A DNA stretch of 60,319 nucleotides, counting the filler. It is 3 parts of 3 records of this genome, joined end to end, with 100 filler letters (N's around TTAATTAATTAA, not from the genome) between each part and the next. Parts side by side here need not be neighbours in the genome. Positions count along the whole stretch, not along the records: positions 47,513 to 60,319 come from SRR22947727_33; 2 more parts are not named here. One strand, written 5' to 3'. The notes below the pieces were generated by a model, which had not been told where the DNA came from, made no database searches, and worked only from the letters and a program-made list of their open reading frames with translations. The position numbers and the translations under genes are program-made. This document shows, one piece after another, positions 49,933-59,400 of this stretch (positions are counted from its first letter, which is position 1; every line of letters begins with the position of its first letter).

Positions 49933-50706
49933 ATGTTTAAACAATACATCAAATCAAAAATATTTAACTTACAAAATTATCTAAATATTAGAATATATTC
50001 TAATATTAAAAAACATAAAATAGTTGAGTTGATAAAATTACTAAAAGTAAAAAATCATGGTTATAAACTTTTAAGGTACGGTGATGACCATGATGGTGGA
50101 TATTTGATCCCAGATATTAAAAATATTAAATTTTGTTATACCGTTGGTGTTGGAAATACAATAAAATTTGAAAAAGATTTAGGGAAGAAAGTTAAATTTT
50201 TTTTAGCAGATAGGAGTGTCAAAAAACCAAATCTCAATAATTCAAAATTTATAAAAAAATTTGTTGGTACTTACAATGATAAAGATATGATTAATGTCAA
50301 TGATTGGATTAAAGATTCGAAGAATACACCTTGTATATTAAAAATTGATGCAGAAGGATCAGAGTATGAAATACTACATGCTATAAATAACTTTTATCTA
50401 AAAAAAATTAAAATCTTGATTCTTGAATTTCATAATCTACATTTAATTTCTAATAAGTATTTTTATTCATATGTTTTTAATTGTTTAAAGAAAATTGATA
50501 AATATTTTGTAGTTTCTCATTTACACCCAAATAATAATTTTCCATTAATAAATTTTTATAATTTGAAAATACCTAGGGATCTGGAAGTTACATTTTTGAA
50601 TAGAAAATATATTAAATATAGCAAAAAAACACGATTACCACATAAATTAGATAAACCAGGAATTAAGGATAAGAATAACATCATAATGCCAAATTATTTT
50701 TATTAA
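49933..50706 (+). CDS. FkbM-like (Methyltransf_21/22-type) methyltransferase
   Basis: RYGDDHDGGY, GVG....FE, ILKIDAEGSEY, LEFH, HLHPNN. Confidence 0.8.
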   Translation: MFKQYIKSKIFNLQNYLNIRIYSNIKKHKIVELIKLLKVKNHGYKLLRYGDDHDGGYLIPDIKNIKFCYTVGVGNTIKFEKDLGKKVKFFLADRSVKKPNLNNSKFIKKFVGTYNDKDMINVNDWIKDSKNTPCILKIDAEGSEYEILHAINNFYLKKIKILILEFHNLHLISNKYFYSYVFNCLKKIDKYFVVSHLHPNNNFPLINFYNLKIPRDLEVTFLNRKYIKYSKKTRLPHKLDKPGIKDKNNIIMPNYFY

Positions 50707-50732
50707 TTCGATTTATCAATTTGTAAAAAATT

Positions 50733-51710
50733 ATGATTAAAGAAAAATTTAGATTAACTCTTATTATAAAAATTTTAATTAAGATATTTATTCCAATAAG
50801 ATTCTATAAAGTTATTTATTTTTTATATGAAACATTAATTTTTTTAAACAAAAAAAACATTTATTTATATTTTGATTATGCTTTTTTTTTAGCAAAAAAC
50901 AAAAACTATACAAAGATATTGTTAAAATATAAAGATGCATTAAATTGTGTAGAAAGAAAATTTCACCCCAAGTTATGCTTTGAGATAGGGTTAATTTATT
51001 TTAATTTTATAAAAACGAAAGATAACGATGATGAGTATTATCTATCACAACCCTACTTTTTAAAAAAATTTAATAATTCAATTAATAAGATTATATACCC
51101 ACCTAAATTAATATTGAGTAAAATTAATTTTAATAAAGATTTATTAAATAAAATTTATGAATTTAAAAGAAAAACAAATATATCCTCTTCAAAATCAAGA
51201 ATAAATTTTCATAAAGAGTCTTTTTTTGATAAGAAAACAGGGACCTTTCAATCGCATCACAACATTCACCATGAAAAGCAATTTAATAAATTTTATTTAA
51301 ACCTAGAAAAAAAAATAAATAATATTATTAATAAATGCTTCAATAACCAAAAATATCATCTAAAAATTAAAAACATGTGGTTTTTAATTGTAAAAAAGGG
51401 CGGTAACGTAGAAATGCATAAGCACTATGCAGATTTATCAGGAGTTGTATATTTAAAAGTTTCAAATAAACAAAGTAAATCTGGCTTATTTATAGAAAAT
51501 CCTAAACAGAACTTAAAATTATTAGATCTTAGAGATGATTTAGATTTATCTAAAACTTTGAATATAAATAATAAGTTGTTTAAATTTAACCCATCAAATA
51601 ATAACTTGATAATATTCAACTCTTATTTAAATCATTCAGTAATAGACACAAATCAAGAAGATGAAGATAGAATTTCATTGGCATGGGATGCTGATTTTAT
51701 TATAAGCTAA
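50733..51710 (+). CDS. Putative 2OG-Fe(II) oxygenase (TIGR02466-like) with N-terminal extension
   Basis: W....KGG...HKH...LSGVVYL, LIIFNSYLNHSV, RISLAW. Confidence 0.8.
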   Translation: MIKEKFRLTLIIKILIKIFIPIRFYKVIYFLYETLIFLNKKNIYLYFDYAFFLAKNKNYTKILLKYKDALNCVERKFHPKLCFEIGLIYFNFIKTKDNDDEYYLSQPYFLKKFNNSINKIIYPPKLILSKINFNKDLLNKIYEFKRKTNISSSKSRINFHKESFFDKKTGTFQSHHNIHHEKQFNKFYLNLEKKINNIINKCFNNQKYHLKIKNMWFLIVKKGGNVEMHKHYADLSGVVYLKVSNKQSKSGLFIENPKQNLKLLDLRDDLDLSKTLNINNKLFKFNPSNNNLIIFNSYLNHSVIDTNQEDEDRISLAWDADFIIS

Positions 51711-51720
51711 TTAGTTATTT

Positions 51721-52344
51721 ATGAAAAATTATCACATTGGCTGTGGATATAAAATTGGAAAAAATTGGTTTAACTATGATGTGAGCCCAATAGCATTTAT
51801 AGATAAATTTGATTTATTAAATAAATTTTTAAAACTTAATTCTAAACGTTTTCCAAAAGAAATAATATTTGGTGACATAACAAAAAAAAAGCTTTGTGAA
51901 GAAAATGATGCTGATAACATTTATTTATCACATGTTTTAGAACATCTTTCTAGAGATAAAGCAATCATTGCATTACAAAATATTTATTTAATGCTTAAAC
52001 CTGGTGGATGTTTTAGAGTTATTGTACCCTCTCTTTCAGAAAGAATACGGGAATATCAAAAAAATAATGATGGTGATAAATTTATGAAAAGTTTAGGTTG
52101 TGTCAATGAACATGAGGATAAAAGTTTTTGGCACAAGTTAAGATTTTTAATAGGCAATTCGAGACATAAATGGATGTATGATGAAAAATCATTACTAAGG
52201 TTGTTGCAAATGACTGGTTTTAAAAATATTCAGCAGTGCACTTATAATGACTCTAAAATTGAAGTTTTTAGTGAGGTGGAAGAACAAGGAAGATTTTTTG
52301 AGGATAATTGCTATTTAGCAGTGGCCATGCAATGCTCAAAGTAA
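51721..52344 (+). CDS. SAM-dependent methyltransferase-domain protein
   Basis: HIGCG, SHVLEHL, LKPGG.FRVIVP, HKWMYD. Confidence 0.85.
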   Translation: MKNYHIGCGYKIGKNWFNYDVSPIAFIDKFDLLNKFLKLNSKRFPKEIIFGDITKKKLCEENDADNIYLSHVLEHLSRDKAIIALQNIYLMLKPGGCFRVIVPSLSERIREYQKNNDGDKFMKSLGCVNEHEDKSFWHKLRFLIGNSRHKWMYDEKSLLRLLQMTGFKNIQQCTYNDSKIEVFSEVEEQGRFFEDNCYLAVAMQCSK

Positions 52345-53612
52345 ATCAAAATTTTATTAAATCAAAAAATAAAAATATACTAATTTCAAATGGTTATAAA
52401 GATTTTCATCTAACTTCTGCTGCAAAAGTTTTATTATCTGATAAAACTAAACTAATTTTATATTCTGGATTTTTCTTAAATAATTTTTTTATTAATTTTA
52501 TTAAGTTTTTTAAAATAAATAATCATAAAATTAATAAATTAATTCTTAGAAGACAAGGAATTAAAAGTAAATATTTAAAAACCTTTTTTTTAGGAGAGTT
52601 TTTACATGAAATTGGAATTATTTTTAAAAATAAATTTAATTTAAAAAAAATATCAGATATTATTATTATTTACAGTTATCGCTTATATGCAAATAAGTTG
52701 CAAAAATATATCAACAAAAATAAACAAAATATCAATATTTATCATTTTCGTGCAGGTTATGGTGGGCGCTCAATTAAAACTGCAAAGTTTTTAGGTATTA
52801 AAACTATTTGTGATCATTCAATAGCACATCCATCTATGATCAATTATATGATCAATAATGGTGGAAAATTTCCAAATAAGAAAATTAAACCACCAAATAA
52901 TTTTTGGAAACTTGTTTTGCAAGACTTAGAAGATGCTGATTTTATTTTAGTGAATTCTAATTTTGTAAAAAAAACATTGGTCTATATGAATATTTCCTTT
53001 AACAAGATACATGTTATTTACACTGGATTAGAAAATAAATATTTTAGATTATTAAAAAAAAAAAATTTTTTTCAAATTAATAAAAGTAAAATAAAATTTC
53101 TTTTTGTAGGTGGAGTTAATAAAAGAAAAGGATTTGATGAAATTGTTTCAGCTATAAATTTGTTGATTAAAAATAATCGTAATTTTGAGTTTCATATTGT
53201 TGGTTCTTTAACTAAGGAATTTAACGATAAGTATATTTCTTTTTTAAAAAAAAGTTCTGTTAAATTTCATGGCATTAAAAATTATAAAGAGATAATGGAT
53301 ATAATGTACAAATCAGATGTATTTGTTTTTCCATCAAATGTAGAGGGTTCTGCAAGAGTTATTTTTGAAGCAATGGCTTGTGGATGTCCAATTATTACAA
53401 CAAAGAATACCGGTTCAATTGTTAAAAATAAAGAAAATGGATTTATTGTAGACAGTGGTGATTATAAAAGTGTTTACTTAGCAATGCTCAAGTTCATTAA
53501 TAATCCTGGACTTATTAGCTTATATGGGAAAAAAAATGAAAAAATTATCAGACAAGAATATCACCCTAAAAAATATGCTGAAAAACTAATAAAATATTAT
53601 AAGTCTACTTAA
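52332..53612 (+). CDS. GT4-family glycosyltransferase
   Basis: VNSNFVK, FVGGVNKRKG, VFPSNVEGSARVIFEAMACGCP. ATG at 52332 preferred. Confidence 0.9.
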   Translation: MLKVNQNFIKSKNKNILISNGYKDFHLTSAAKVLLSDKTKLILYSGFFLNNFFINFIKFFKINNHKINKLILRRQGIKSKYLKTFFLGEFLHEIGIIFKNKFNLKKISDIIIIYSYRLYANKLQKYINKNKQNINIYHFRAGYGGRSIKTAKFLGIKTICDHSIAHPSMINYMINNGGKFPNKKIKPPNNFWKLVLQDLEDADFILVNSNFVKKTLVYMNISFNKIHVIYTGLENKYFRLLKKKNFFQINKSKIKFLFVGGVNKRKGFDEIVSAINLLIKNNRNFEFHIVGSLTKEFNDKYISFLKKSSVKFHGIKNYKEIMDIMYKSDVFVFPSNVEGSARVIFEAMACGCPIITTKNTGSIVKNKENGFIVDSGDYKSVYLAMLKFINNPGLISLYGKKNEKIIRQEYHPKKYAEKLIKYYKST

Positions 53613-54806
53613 GTGTTCAATTTTTATTGCCTAATATTTGCTTTATCTTTTCATTTTAGTATTGATTTTGTAGGAAACCTATATGTAGCGCAAATAATAA
53701 TCATTTTAACATTTATATTTTTTTATTTTCACAAGGATCGAAATTTAAAAAATAGTAAAATTCTAAATAATATTATTATTTTTGGTTTTTTCTGGCTAAT
53801 TGGACAAATAATATCTGATATTATTAATCAAAGCATATTTAATGATTATGCTAGAGGTATCACGAAAATTATCGTTACAATAATGTCTTTTTATGTATTT
53901 TTTAAAATTGATCTAAAAATTAAAAATGGCCTCATAAAGATTTTAAGTTGGATTGTTGTGGTAAAAATACTTTTCCTTTTAATGGATATAAATTCTTTTA
54001 ATGAATTTAAAAATTACTGGAAAATGGGACTCGGAACATCAATTTCTATAATAGTTATAATATATTTAAATCATAGAAATAATTATAAAAGCAATACAAC
54101 AATATTTTTTTTAATCATATTGGCATTTTTGTCTTTATACTTTGAAACCAGATATTTATTTATTGTGAATCTCATTTCTGCATTATTTATATATTTAAGT
54201 AATCAACAAAATAGATATACAATTTTTAAATTTACCTTAAAACATAATTTTTACATAATTATATTTACTGCATTGTCTGTTTATATTTTTCAATATTTAT
54301 TAAAATCAGACATGCTGCCCAAAATTTTATATGAAAAAACAATATCACAACAAGGTAACTATGGACTACTTTTAGGTGGAAGATCAGACCTTATAGGAGG
54401 ACTTAAAGCCATCGCAGACTCTCCATTTATAGGTCATGGTAGTTGGGCAAAAGATTGTTTTTATACCGACTATGTTAATAATTTTTTATTGATTAATGAA
54501 TATGGTAAGACATTTACAGACAAAAATTGTCTAATACCTGGGCATTCAATTATATTAGAAGCGTGGATATATTCTGGTTTTATGGGTTTAATTTTCTGGA
54601 TATATATATTTGTTATTTTAATAAAAAGAATCAAATTTAATTTTATTCACACAAGTAAATTTTATTTGATATTAATTTTTTTAAATACAATTGTAATTTG
54701 GGATTTTTTTCTTTCACCTTATGGTGGTACAAGGATGATTGAGTTTCCTCTGTATTTGGCAATTTTGTTTTTTTTAAATAAGAATAAAGAATTACAAAAT
54801 GACTAA
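53613..54806 (+). CDS. Wzy polymerase / O-antigen ligase family membrane protein
   Basis: About 10 TMs; ETR, GR, SPFIGHG and HS..LE.W...GFMG (Wzy_C-like pattern). GTG start. Confidence 0.78.
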   Translation: MFNFYCLIFALSFHFSIDFVGNLYVAQIIIILTFIFFYFHKDRNLKNSKILNNIIIFGFFWLIGQIISDIINQSIFNDYARGITKIIVTIMSFYVFFKIDLKIKNGLIKILSWIVVVKILFLLMDINSFNEFKNYWKMGLGTSISIIVIIYLNHRNNYKSNTTIFFLIILAFLSLYFETRYLFIVNLISALFIYLSNQQNRYTIFKFTLKHNFYIIIFTALSVYIFQYLLKSDMLPKILYEKTISQQGNYGLLLGGRSDLIGGLKAIADSPFIGHGSWAKDCFYTDYVNNFLLINEYGKTFTDKNCLIPGHSIILEAWIYSGFMGLIFWIYIFVILIKRIKFNFIHTSKFYLILIFLNTIVIWDFFLSPYGGTRMIEFPLYLAILFFLNKNKELQND

Positions 54807-55614
54807 ATTTTCAATTATAACTATTTCAAAAAATCAAGGAAAATTTATCAAAAAATGTATTGATAGTATTTTAGAACAAAATTTAAAAAACTTTGAACAC
54901 ATTGTAATTGATGCAAATTCAGACGATCAAACACATTCAATATTAAAAAAATATAATCATGAAAATTTAATAATTAAGATTGAAAAAGATAAGGGAGCAG
55001 CTGATGGCTTAAACAAAGGCTTTGCATTATCAAAAGGTAAGATTTTATGCTTTATTAATTCTGATGATTATTTATTACCAAAAATTTTAAATCAAATAGA
55101 AATTGAATTTAGTAAAAACACAAAATTAGAAATGATTATAACTCCAGGAATCATAGTTAATGAAAAAGAAAGGGTAATAAATAAAGTTTATCCAAGTTTT
55201 CCTACACCTAAGAAGTATGTTTATGGTATATGTACTTTTTTTCAACAAGGGATATTTTTTAAGTCTGATCTTTTCAACAAAACAAATGGATTTAATGTAT
55301 CTAATAAAACAAATTGGGATGGAGAATTATTTCTTGATTTATTAAAGAATGTTTCTAAAGAAAATATTTTAAGATTAGATATTGAGTCTGCAGCTTTTAA
55401 AATGCACACAGGATCAATCACTTCTTTAAAAAATAATGAAGTAGAATACGAAATAAATCAAAGAAGATTATTTAATAAAATTTATGGTTTAAAAGCGAAA
55501 AAATCACAAATTAAAAAATATTTATTTTTTTTAGCACAAATATTAACAGATCCGAAATGGTTTTACCATAAGGTTCGATACCTAATAAAATATGGAAGAC
55601 TAAATACTAAATAA
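54799..55614 (+). CDS. GT2-family glycosyltransferase (WcaE-like)
   Basis: FSIITIS, IDANSDD, EKDKG..DGLNKG, FINSDD. Confidence 0.9.
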   Translation: MTKFSIITISKNQGKFIKKCIDSILEQNLKNFEHIVIDANSDDQTHSILKKYNHENLIIKIEKDKGAADGLNKGFALSKGKILCFINSDDYLLPKILNQIEIEFSKNTKLEMIITPGIIVNEKERVINKVYPSFPTPKKYVYGICTFFQQGIFFKSDLFNKTNGFNVSNKTNWDGELFLDLLKNVSKENILRLDIESAAFKMHTGSITSLKNNEVEYEINQRRLFNKIYGLKAKKSQIKKYLFFLAQILTDPKWFYHKVRYLIKYGRLNTK

Positions 55615-55622
55615 AATATGAA

Positions 55623-56657
55623 TTAAATTAAATTAACAAATGATTTATAAAGCATTTTTTTATTTGCTTTAACTTTATTTTGATTAATTAAATTAATCCA
55701 ATTTTTCATTAATAGAATATTAAAATTAAACTTTTTATACTTTAATTGATTATAATTTTTTTCAAGAAATTTATTATCCATTTTATTCCAATCTTTAACA
55801 ATAATCACAGGCATATTTTTGTATAATGATATTAATTTGTTATTTTTTAAAATGATTGGTATTGACCCCAGTAATATTGTTTCCCAGAATCTATGAGTAT
55901 CAACACCATTACCATCTGGACATGCAACAAATTTATATTTTTTTATTTCTTTCCATGTTTGTTCTTGAGTTATTCTTTTATTTTGAAAGACACATAAATT
56001 TTTGGGAATTTTTTTAAAACATTTATTTCTTGATGAATTTAATCTAAAATGAAAATTACAATATATTTTACTTTCTCTAATACATTTCATTCTAATTGTT
56101 TTAATGAAAATTTTTTCAAAATGTTTTGGTAAAATTTTTCTTGGACCCCTTCTATTTAAAGAAAATCTAGAATGCAAATCAACACCAATAGGTAAATTTA
56201 TCAATTTATTATGATTAATAAGTAAATTTTGAGAGTACATTTTTTCTAAATATTTATTATTGAGCAAAGTTTGAATATTTTTAATTTTTCGGTTAACTGA
56301 TCTATCAGAATTACCAGAAATTATGATAAATTTATTAAAAATTTTTGGTAAATATTTTTTTATAAAAATTTCAATTGCATCAGTTGGTACGTAATAGATA
56401 TTATCTTTTTTATGGATTTTTAAACTTTCTTCTTGAAATGAATTGGTAGAAAAATAATTTAAAAAAACCCTACTACTAATAAATTTAATATTTTTTAGTT
56501 GTATTTTATTTTTTTTATAATCATTATTAAATTTTCTTAAATTTAACTTATAATAAATAATAAATTCATAGATATAAAATAAATAATATTTTAACTGATT
56601 TCTAAAAATTAAAATTTTTTTTGGAATTTTTTGTTTTAAAAAATTCTTAATTTTCAT
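55623..56657 (-). CDS. Exostosin/GT47-like protein
   Basis: YKFVACPDGNGVDTHRFWETILLGSIPI resembles the exostosin C-terminal signature. Confidence 0.65.
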   Translation of the reverse strand: MKIKNFLKQKIPKKILIFRNQLKYYLFYIYEFIIYYKLNLRKFNNDYKKNKIQLKNIKFISSRVFLNYFSTNSFQEESLKIHKKDNIYYVPTDAIEIFIKKYLPKIFNKFIIISGNSDRSVNRKIKNIQTLLNNKYLEKMYSQNLLINHNKLINLPIGVDLHSRFSLNRRGPRKILPKHFEKIFIKTIRMKCIRESKIYCNFHFRLNSSRNKCFKKIPKNLCVFQNKRITQEQTWKEIKKYKFVACPDGNGVDTHRFWETILLGSIPIILKNNKLISLYKNMPVIIVKDWNKMDNKFLEKNYNQLKYKKFNFNILLMKNWINLINQNKVKANKKMLYKSFVNLI

Positions 56658-56658
56658 T

Positions 56659-57360
56659 TTATTTGACTTTAATAAAAAAATAATCTGCTTGATTTATATC
56701 TTGAGTTAAAAAACTTTTATTTATTATTTTGATTAATTTAAAATTATTTTTTTTTAGAAATAAACTAATATCTTTTAATGTATGTTGTTTTTTATAAACT
56801 TCATGAGACGATAGTTCTATTAAAATATATTTTATTCTACTTAAATTCTTTTTAGAACCCATTAACACATTTTTTTCATATCCTTGAACATCAAGTTTTA
56901 AGAAAATATTTTTTTGTAAGGGTAATTTAATTAATGTATCAAGTTTTGTGACTTTTATCTTAATTTTATCAATAATTTTATAAATTGATTTTTTTAATAT
57001 ATTTGGTTCGAGTATGGATGAACTATCTTCTTTATCTGTAATATTTAAATAATCAAACCCATCTTTATTTCCAAGGCATAGATTAAAAAATTTTGACTTA
57101 TTGGATAGTATTTTTTTTTGAATATTTAGATATTTAATTTGAGGTTCAAAAGAATATATTTTTGAATTAGGAAAATAATAATTAAATAAAATTGAAAATT
57201 GACCTTTATTAGAACCTACATCTAATAATAAATCTACTTTTTCTAAATCTTTCAAAATATCTTTGGTTTCAAATAATGGACAAACACCATTAATATAACT
57301 TTTATAAAAATTAGGATATAATAAACACAATACAATTTTTTTAATTTTGAGTAGAAGCAT
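56659..57360 (-). CDS. FkbM-family methyltransferase
   Basis: LDVGSNKGQF, SFEP, SSSIL, LKLDVQGYE. Confidence 0.92.
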   Translation of the reverse strand: MLLLKIKKIVLCLLYPNFYKSYINGVCPLFETKDILKDLEKVDLLLDVGSNKGQFSILFNYYFPNSKIYSFEPQIKYLNIQKKILSNKSKFFNLCLGNKDGFDYLNITDKEDSSSILEPNILKKSIYKIIDKIKIKVTKLDTLIKLPLQKNIFLKLDVQGYEKNVLMGSKKNLSRIKYILIELSSHEVYKKQHTLKDISLFLKKNNFKLIKIINKSFLTQDINQADYFFIKVK

Positions 57361-58514
57361 TATTTATTATTTCTTCTTAATATAGATATCAATTTAACTT
57401 GATTATATTTTAGATTAAAACATTCATTAAAACAGTTTATTGCGTTTAATCGCATTTTTCTTTTTGAAAGTTTTTTAAGATTTATATATTGAATTATTGC
57501 TTCACTGAAACTCTTAACATTATTGTTACAAATCAGTCCACTTTTATATTTTATTATCTCTTCGTATATATTTACTTTATTTGTTGTAATTACTGGTTTA
57601 CCAAAGGAAAGTGACTCAACAATTGATACACCAAAATTTTCACCATTTGACGCAAGCAGCATACCCTCAGAAGAAGCGATAGCACCATATTTTAATTCAC
57701 CTAAGATTATTGATGACCATATAATGTTATTTTCTAATTTTAATTTTTTAGATAATTTTATTAGTTTTTTTTTATAATCATTGTTCGGACCAGCCATTAA
57801 AATTTTGATCTTATAATTTTGATCCACCACTTTTTTAAGAGATTTAATTAATATATCGCAACCTTTTTTTTCATGAAATCGGCCAAGATATATGAAAAAA
57901 GTTTCATTTTTTAATATAGAAAATTGTTTTTTAAATAATTTAATAGAATTTATTTTATTAAAATTAGATTTTAATATTCCATAATTAATTACGTTTAGTT
58001 TAATTCCTTTTGTATCTACAAAGGTTTTTTTCAAACTTTTTTTTTCATTTTTTGATGTTAATAATACAGAATCTGCACTAATTAAGTTTTTTTTTTCCAG
58101 TAAAAACCAATAAATTTTCTTTTTAAGAAGCTTAAATCTTTCAAATGAGAAAAATGGATCTAATTGACCATGTGTAAAAACAAAATAATTTTTTTTTAAA
58201 ATTAATCTCGCTAATAAAGAATTAAATTGCCATAGACCATGAATAATATATTTTTCATAATTATGTTTATTTTTTAATAACCAAAAAAATAATTTTAAAT
58301 TAAATGAATAGTTACCAATTGATGGGCCTAAGTTATTAATTTTAATATCCTTACCTTTATAAAAATTTGATTTTTTTTTATCATTAGTCACTATATCGAC
58401 ATCAAAATTATTTTGATTTAAAATTTTTGTACTATCAATTGTTGCTATTGAGGGACCACCATATTTTGGATCTAGAGAATTTATTATTCTTAAAATTTTT
58501 ATTTTTTTTACCAT
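57360..58514 (-). CDS. GT4-family glycosyltransferase (homologue of 34115-35260)
   Basis: HGQLDP, YLGRFHEKKG, ENFGVSIVESL. Confidence 0.92.
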   Translation of the reverse strand: MVKKIKILRIINSLDPKYGGPSIATIDSTKILNQNNFDVDIVTNDKKKSNFYKGKDIKINNLGPSIGNYSFNLKLFFWLLKNKHNYEKYIIHGLWQFNSLLARLILKKNYFVFTHGQLDPFFSFERFKLLKKKIYWFLLEKKNLISADSVLLTSKNEKKSLKKTFVDTKGIKLNVINYGILKSNFNKINSIKLFKKQFSILKNETFFIYLGRFHEKKGCDILIKSLKKVVDQNYKIKILMAGPNNDYKKKLIKLSKKLKLENNIIWSSIILGELKYGAIASSEGMLLASNGENFGVSIVESLSFGKPVITTNKVNIYEEIIKYKSGLICNNNVKSFSEAIIQYINLKKLSKRKMRLNAINCFNECFNLKYNQVKLISILRRNNK

Positions 58515-58520
58515 TTTAAG

Positions 58521-59345
58521 TTATATCTTTTTAAGGATTTTTTTTATTTCTTTGTCGACCTGGCTTCTAAACCAAAAAGAATGATAGTAACAAAATTTAA
58601 TACCAATTTTCATATCTAATATTCCTAATTTTATAAAAAATCTATATATAAATAATAAATATGGTCTTATCCAAAATGGTAACAAATAAAATAAATTTTT
58701 ATAAAATCTTGCTCTTTGTCTTGGATCAAAATTTAATTTTCCTTCTAATATATTTTTATTTACTGTTTTATTAACTAAACTTTTAGCCATAAGTTTGGCC
58801 CATTTTAAATGTCTTTTTTTCCACTCTGATAAATTCATTGGATTTTTATCGTGAATATAACCATTTAATTTTTTTATTTTGTTTGTTGATACAAAATGTT
58901 GATCATATAATAACTCTTCACAAGTTGCCTTTCCTGATTGGAATAATCTTAAATGCCATGGATTTAATCCTGAAAAATTCAATTTTTTTCCTAAAAAATA
59001 GTTTTTTCTTTTTATAATATATGAGTTTTGATTGTTAACATTTATTGCGATTTTGATTGAATTTATTGCTTCGTTATCTAGAACTTCATCTGAGTCTAAA
59101 TGTAATTGCCAATGAAAATTATTTTTTATTTTTTTAATTATCCAATTTCTTTGGTCTGAATAATTTGTAAATTTTCTTTGATATATTTTAGAATTATGTT
59201 TTTTACAAATTTGTATAGTTTTATCTTTTGAGTATGAGTCTACTACAATAATATTTTTTGATAATTTTTTTGCTTCTAAAATTGATTTATTTATAATTTT
59301 TTGAGAATTAAATGTAAGAAAAATTACTGCAATTTTTTTTTTCAC
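58521..59345 (-). CDS. GT2-family glycosyltransferase (WaaE/KdtX-like)
   Basis: VVDSYSKDKT, QRNW, LDSDE, RLF, LGILD. Confidence 0.88.
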   Translation of the reverse strand: MKKKIAVIFLTFNSQKIINKSILEAKKLSKNIIVVDSYSKDKTIQICKKHNSKIYQRKFTNYSDQRNWIIKKIKNNFHWQLHLDSDEVLDNEAINSIKIAINVNNQNSYIIKRKNYFLGKKLNFSGLNPWHLRLFQSGKATCEELLYDQHFVSTNKIKKLNGYIHDKNPMNLSEWKKRHLKWAKLMAKSLVNKTVNKNILEGKLNFDPRQRARFYKNLFYLLPFWIRPYLLFIYRFFIKLGILDMKIGIKFCYYHSFWFRSQVDKEIKKILKKI

Positions 59346-59400
59346 TATTTAACCAAATTTTAATTATAATTATTTAACTTATTATATAAACTTAAAATAT

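Noticed and set aside
3895-57777. Short antisense or alternate-frame ORFs in the track (e.g. 3895-4242, 7171-7362, 8459-8689, 12095-12343, 15213-15410, 15492-15836, 20038-20331, 20359-20745, 22317-22599, 32397-32639, 41317-41622, 44933-45121, 57523-57777)
   Set aside because: They lie within well-supported genes, lack motifs, and show the F/L/I/S-rich composition expected from the reverse strand of AT-rich coding DNA.
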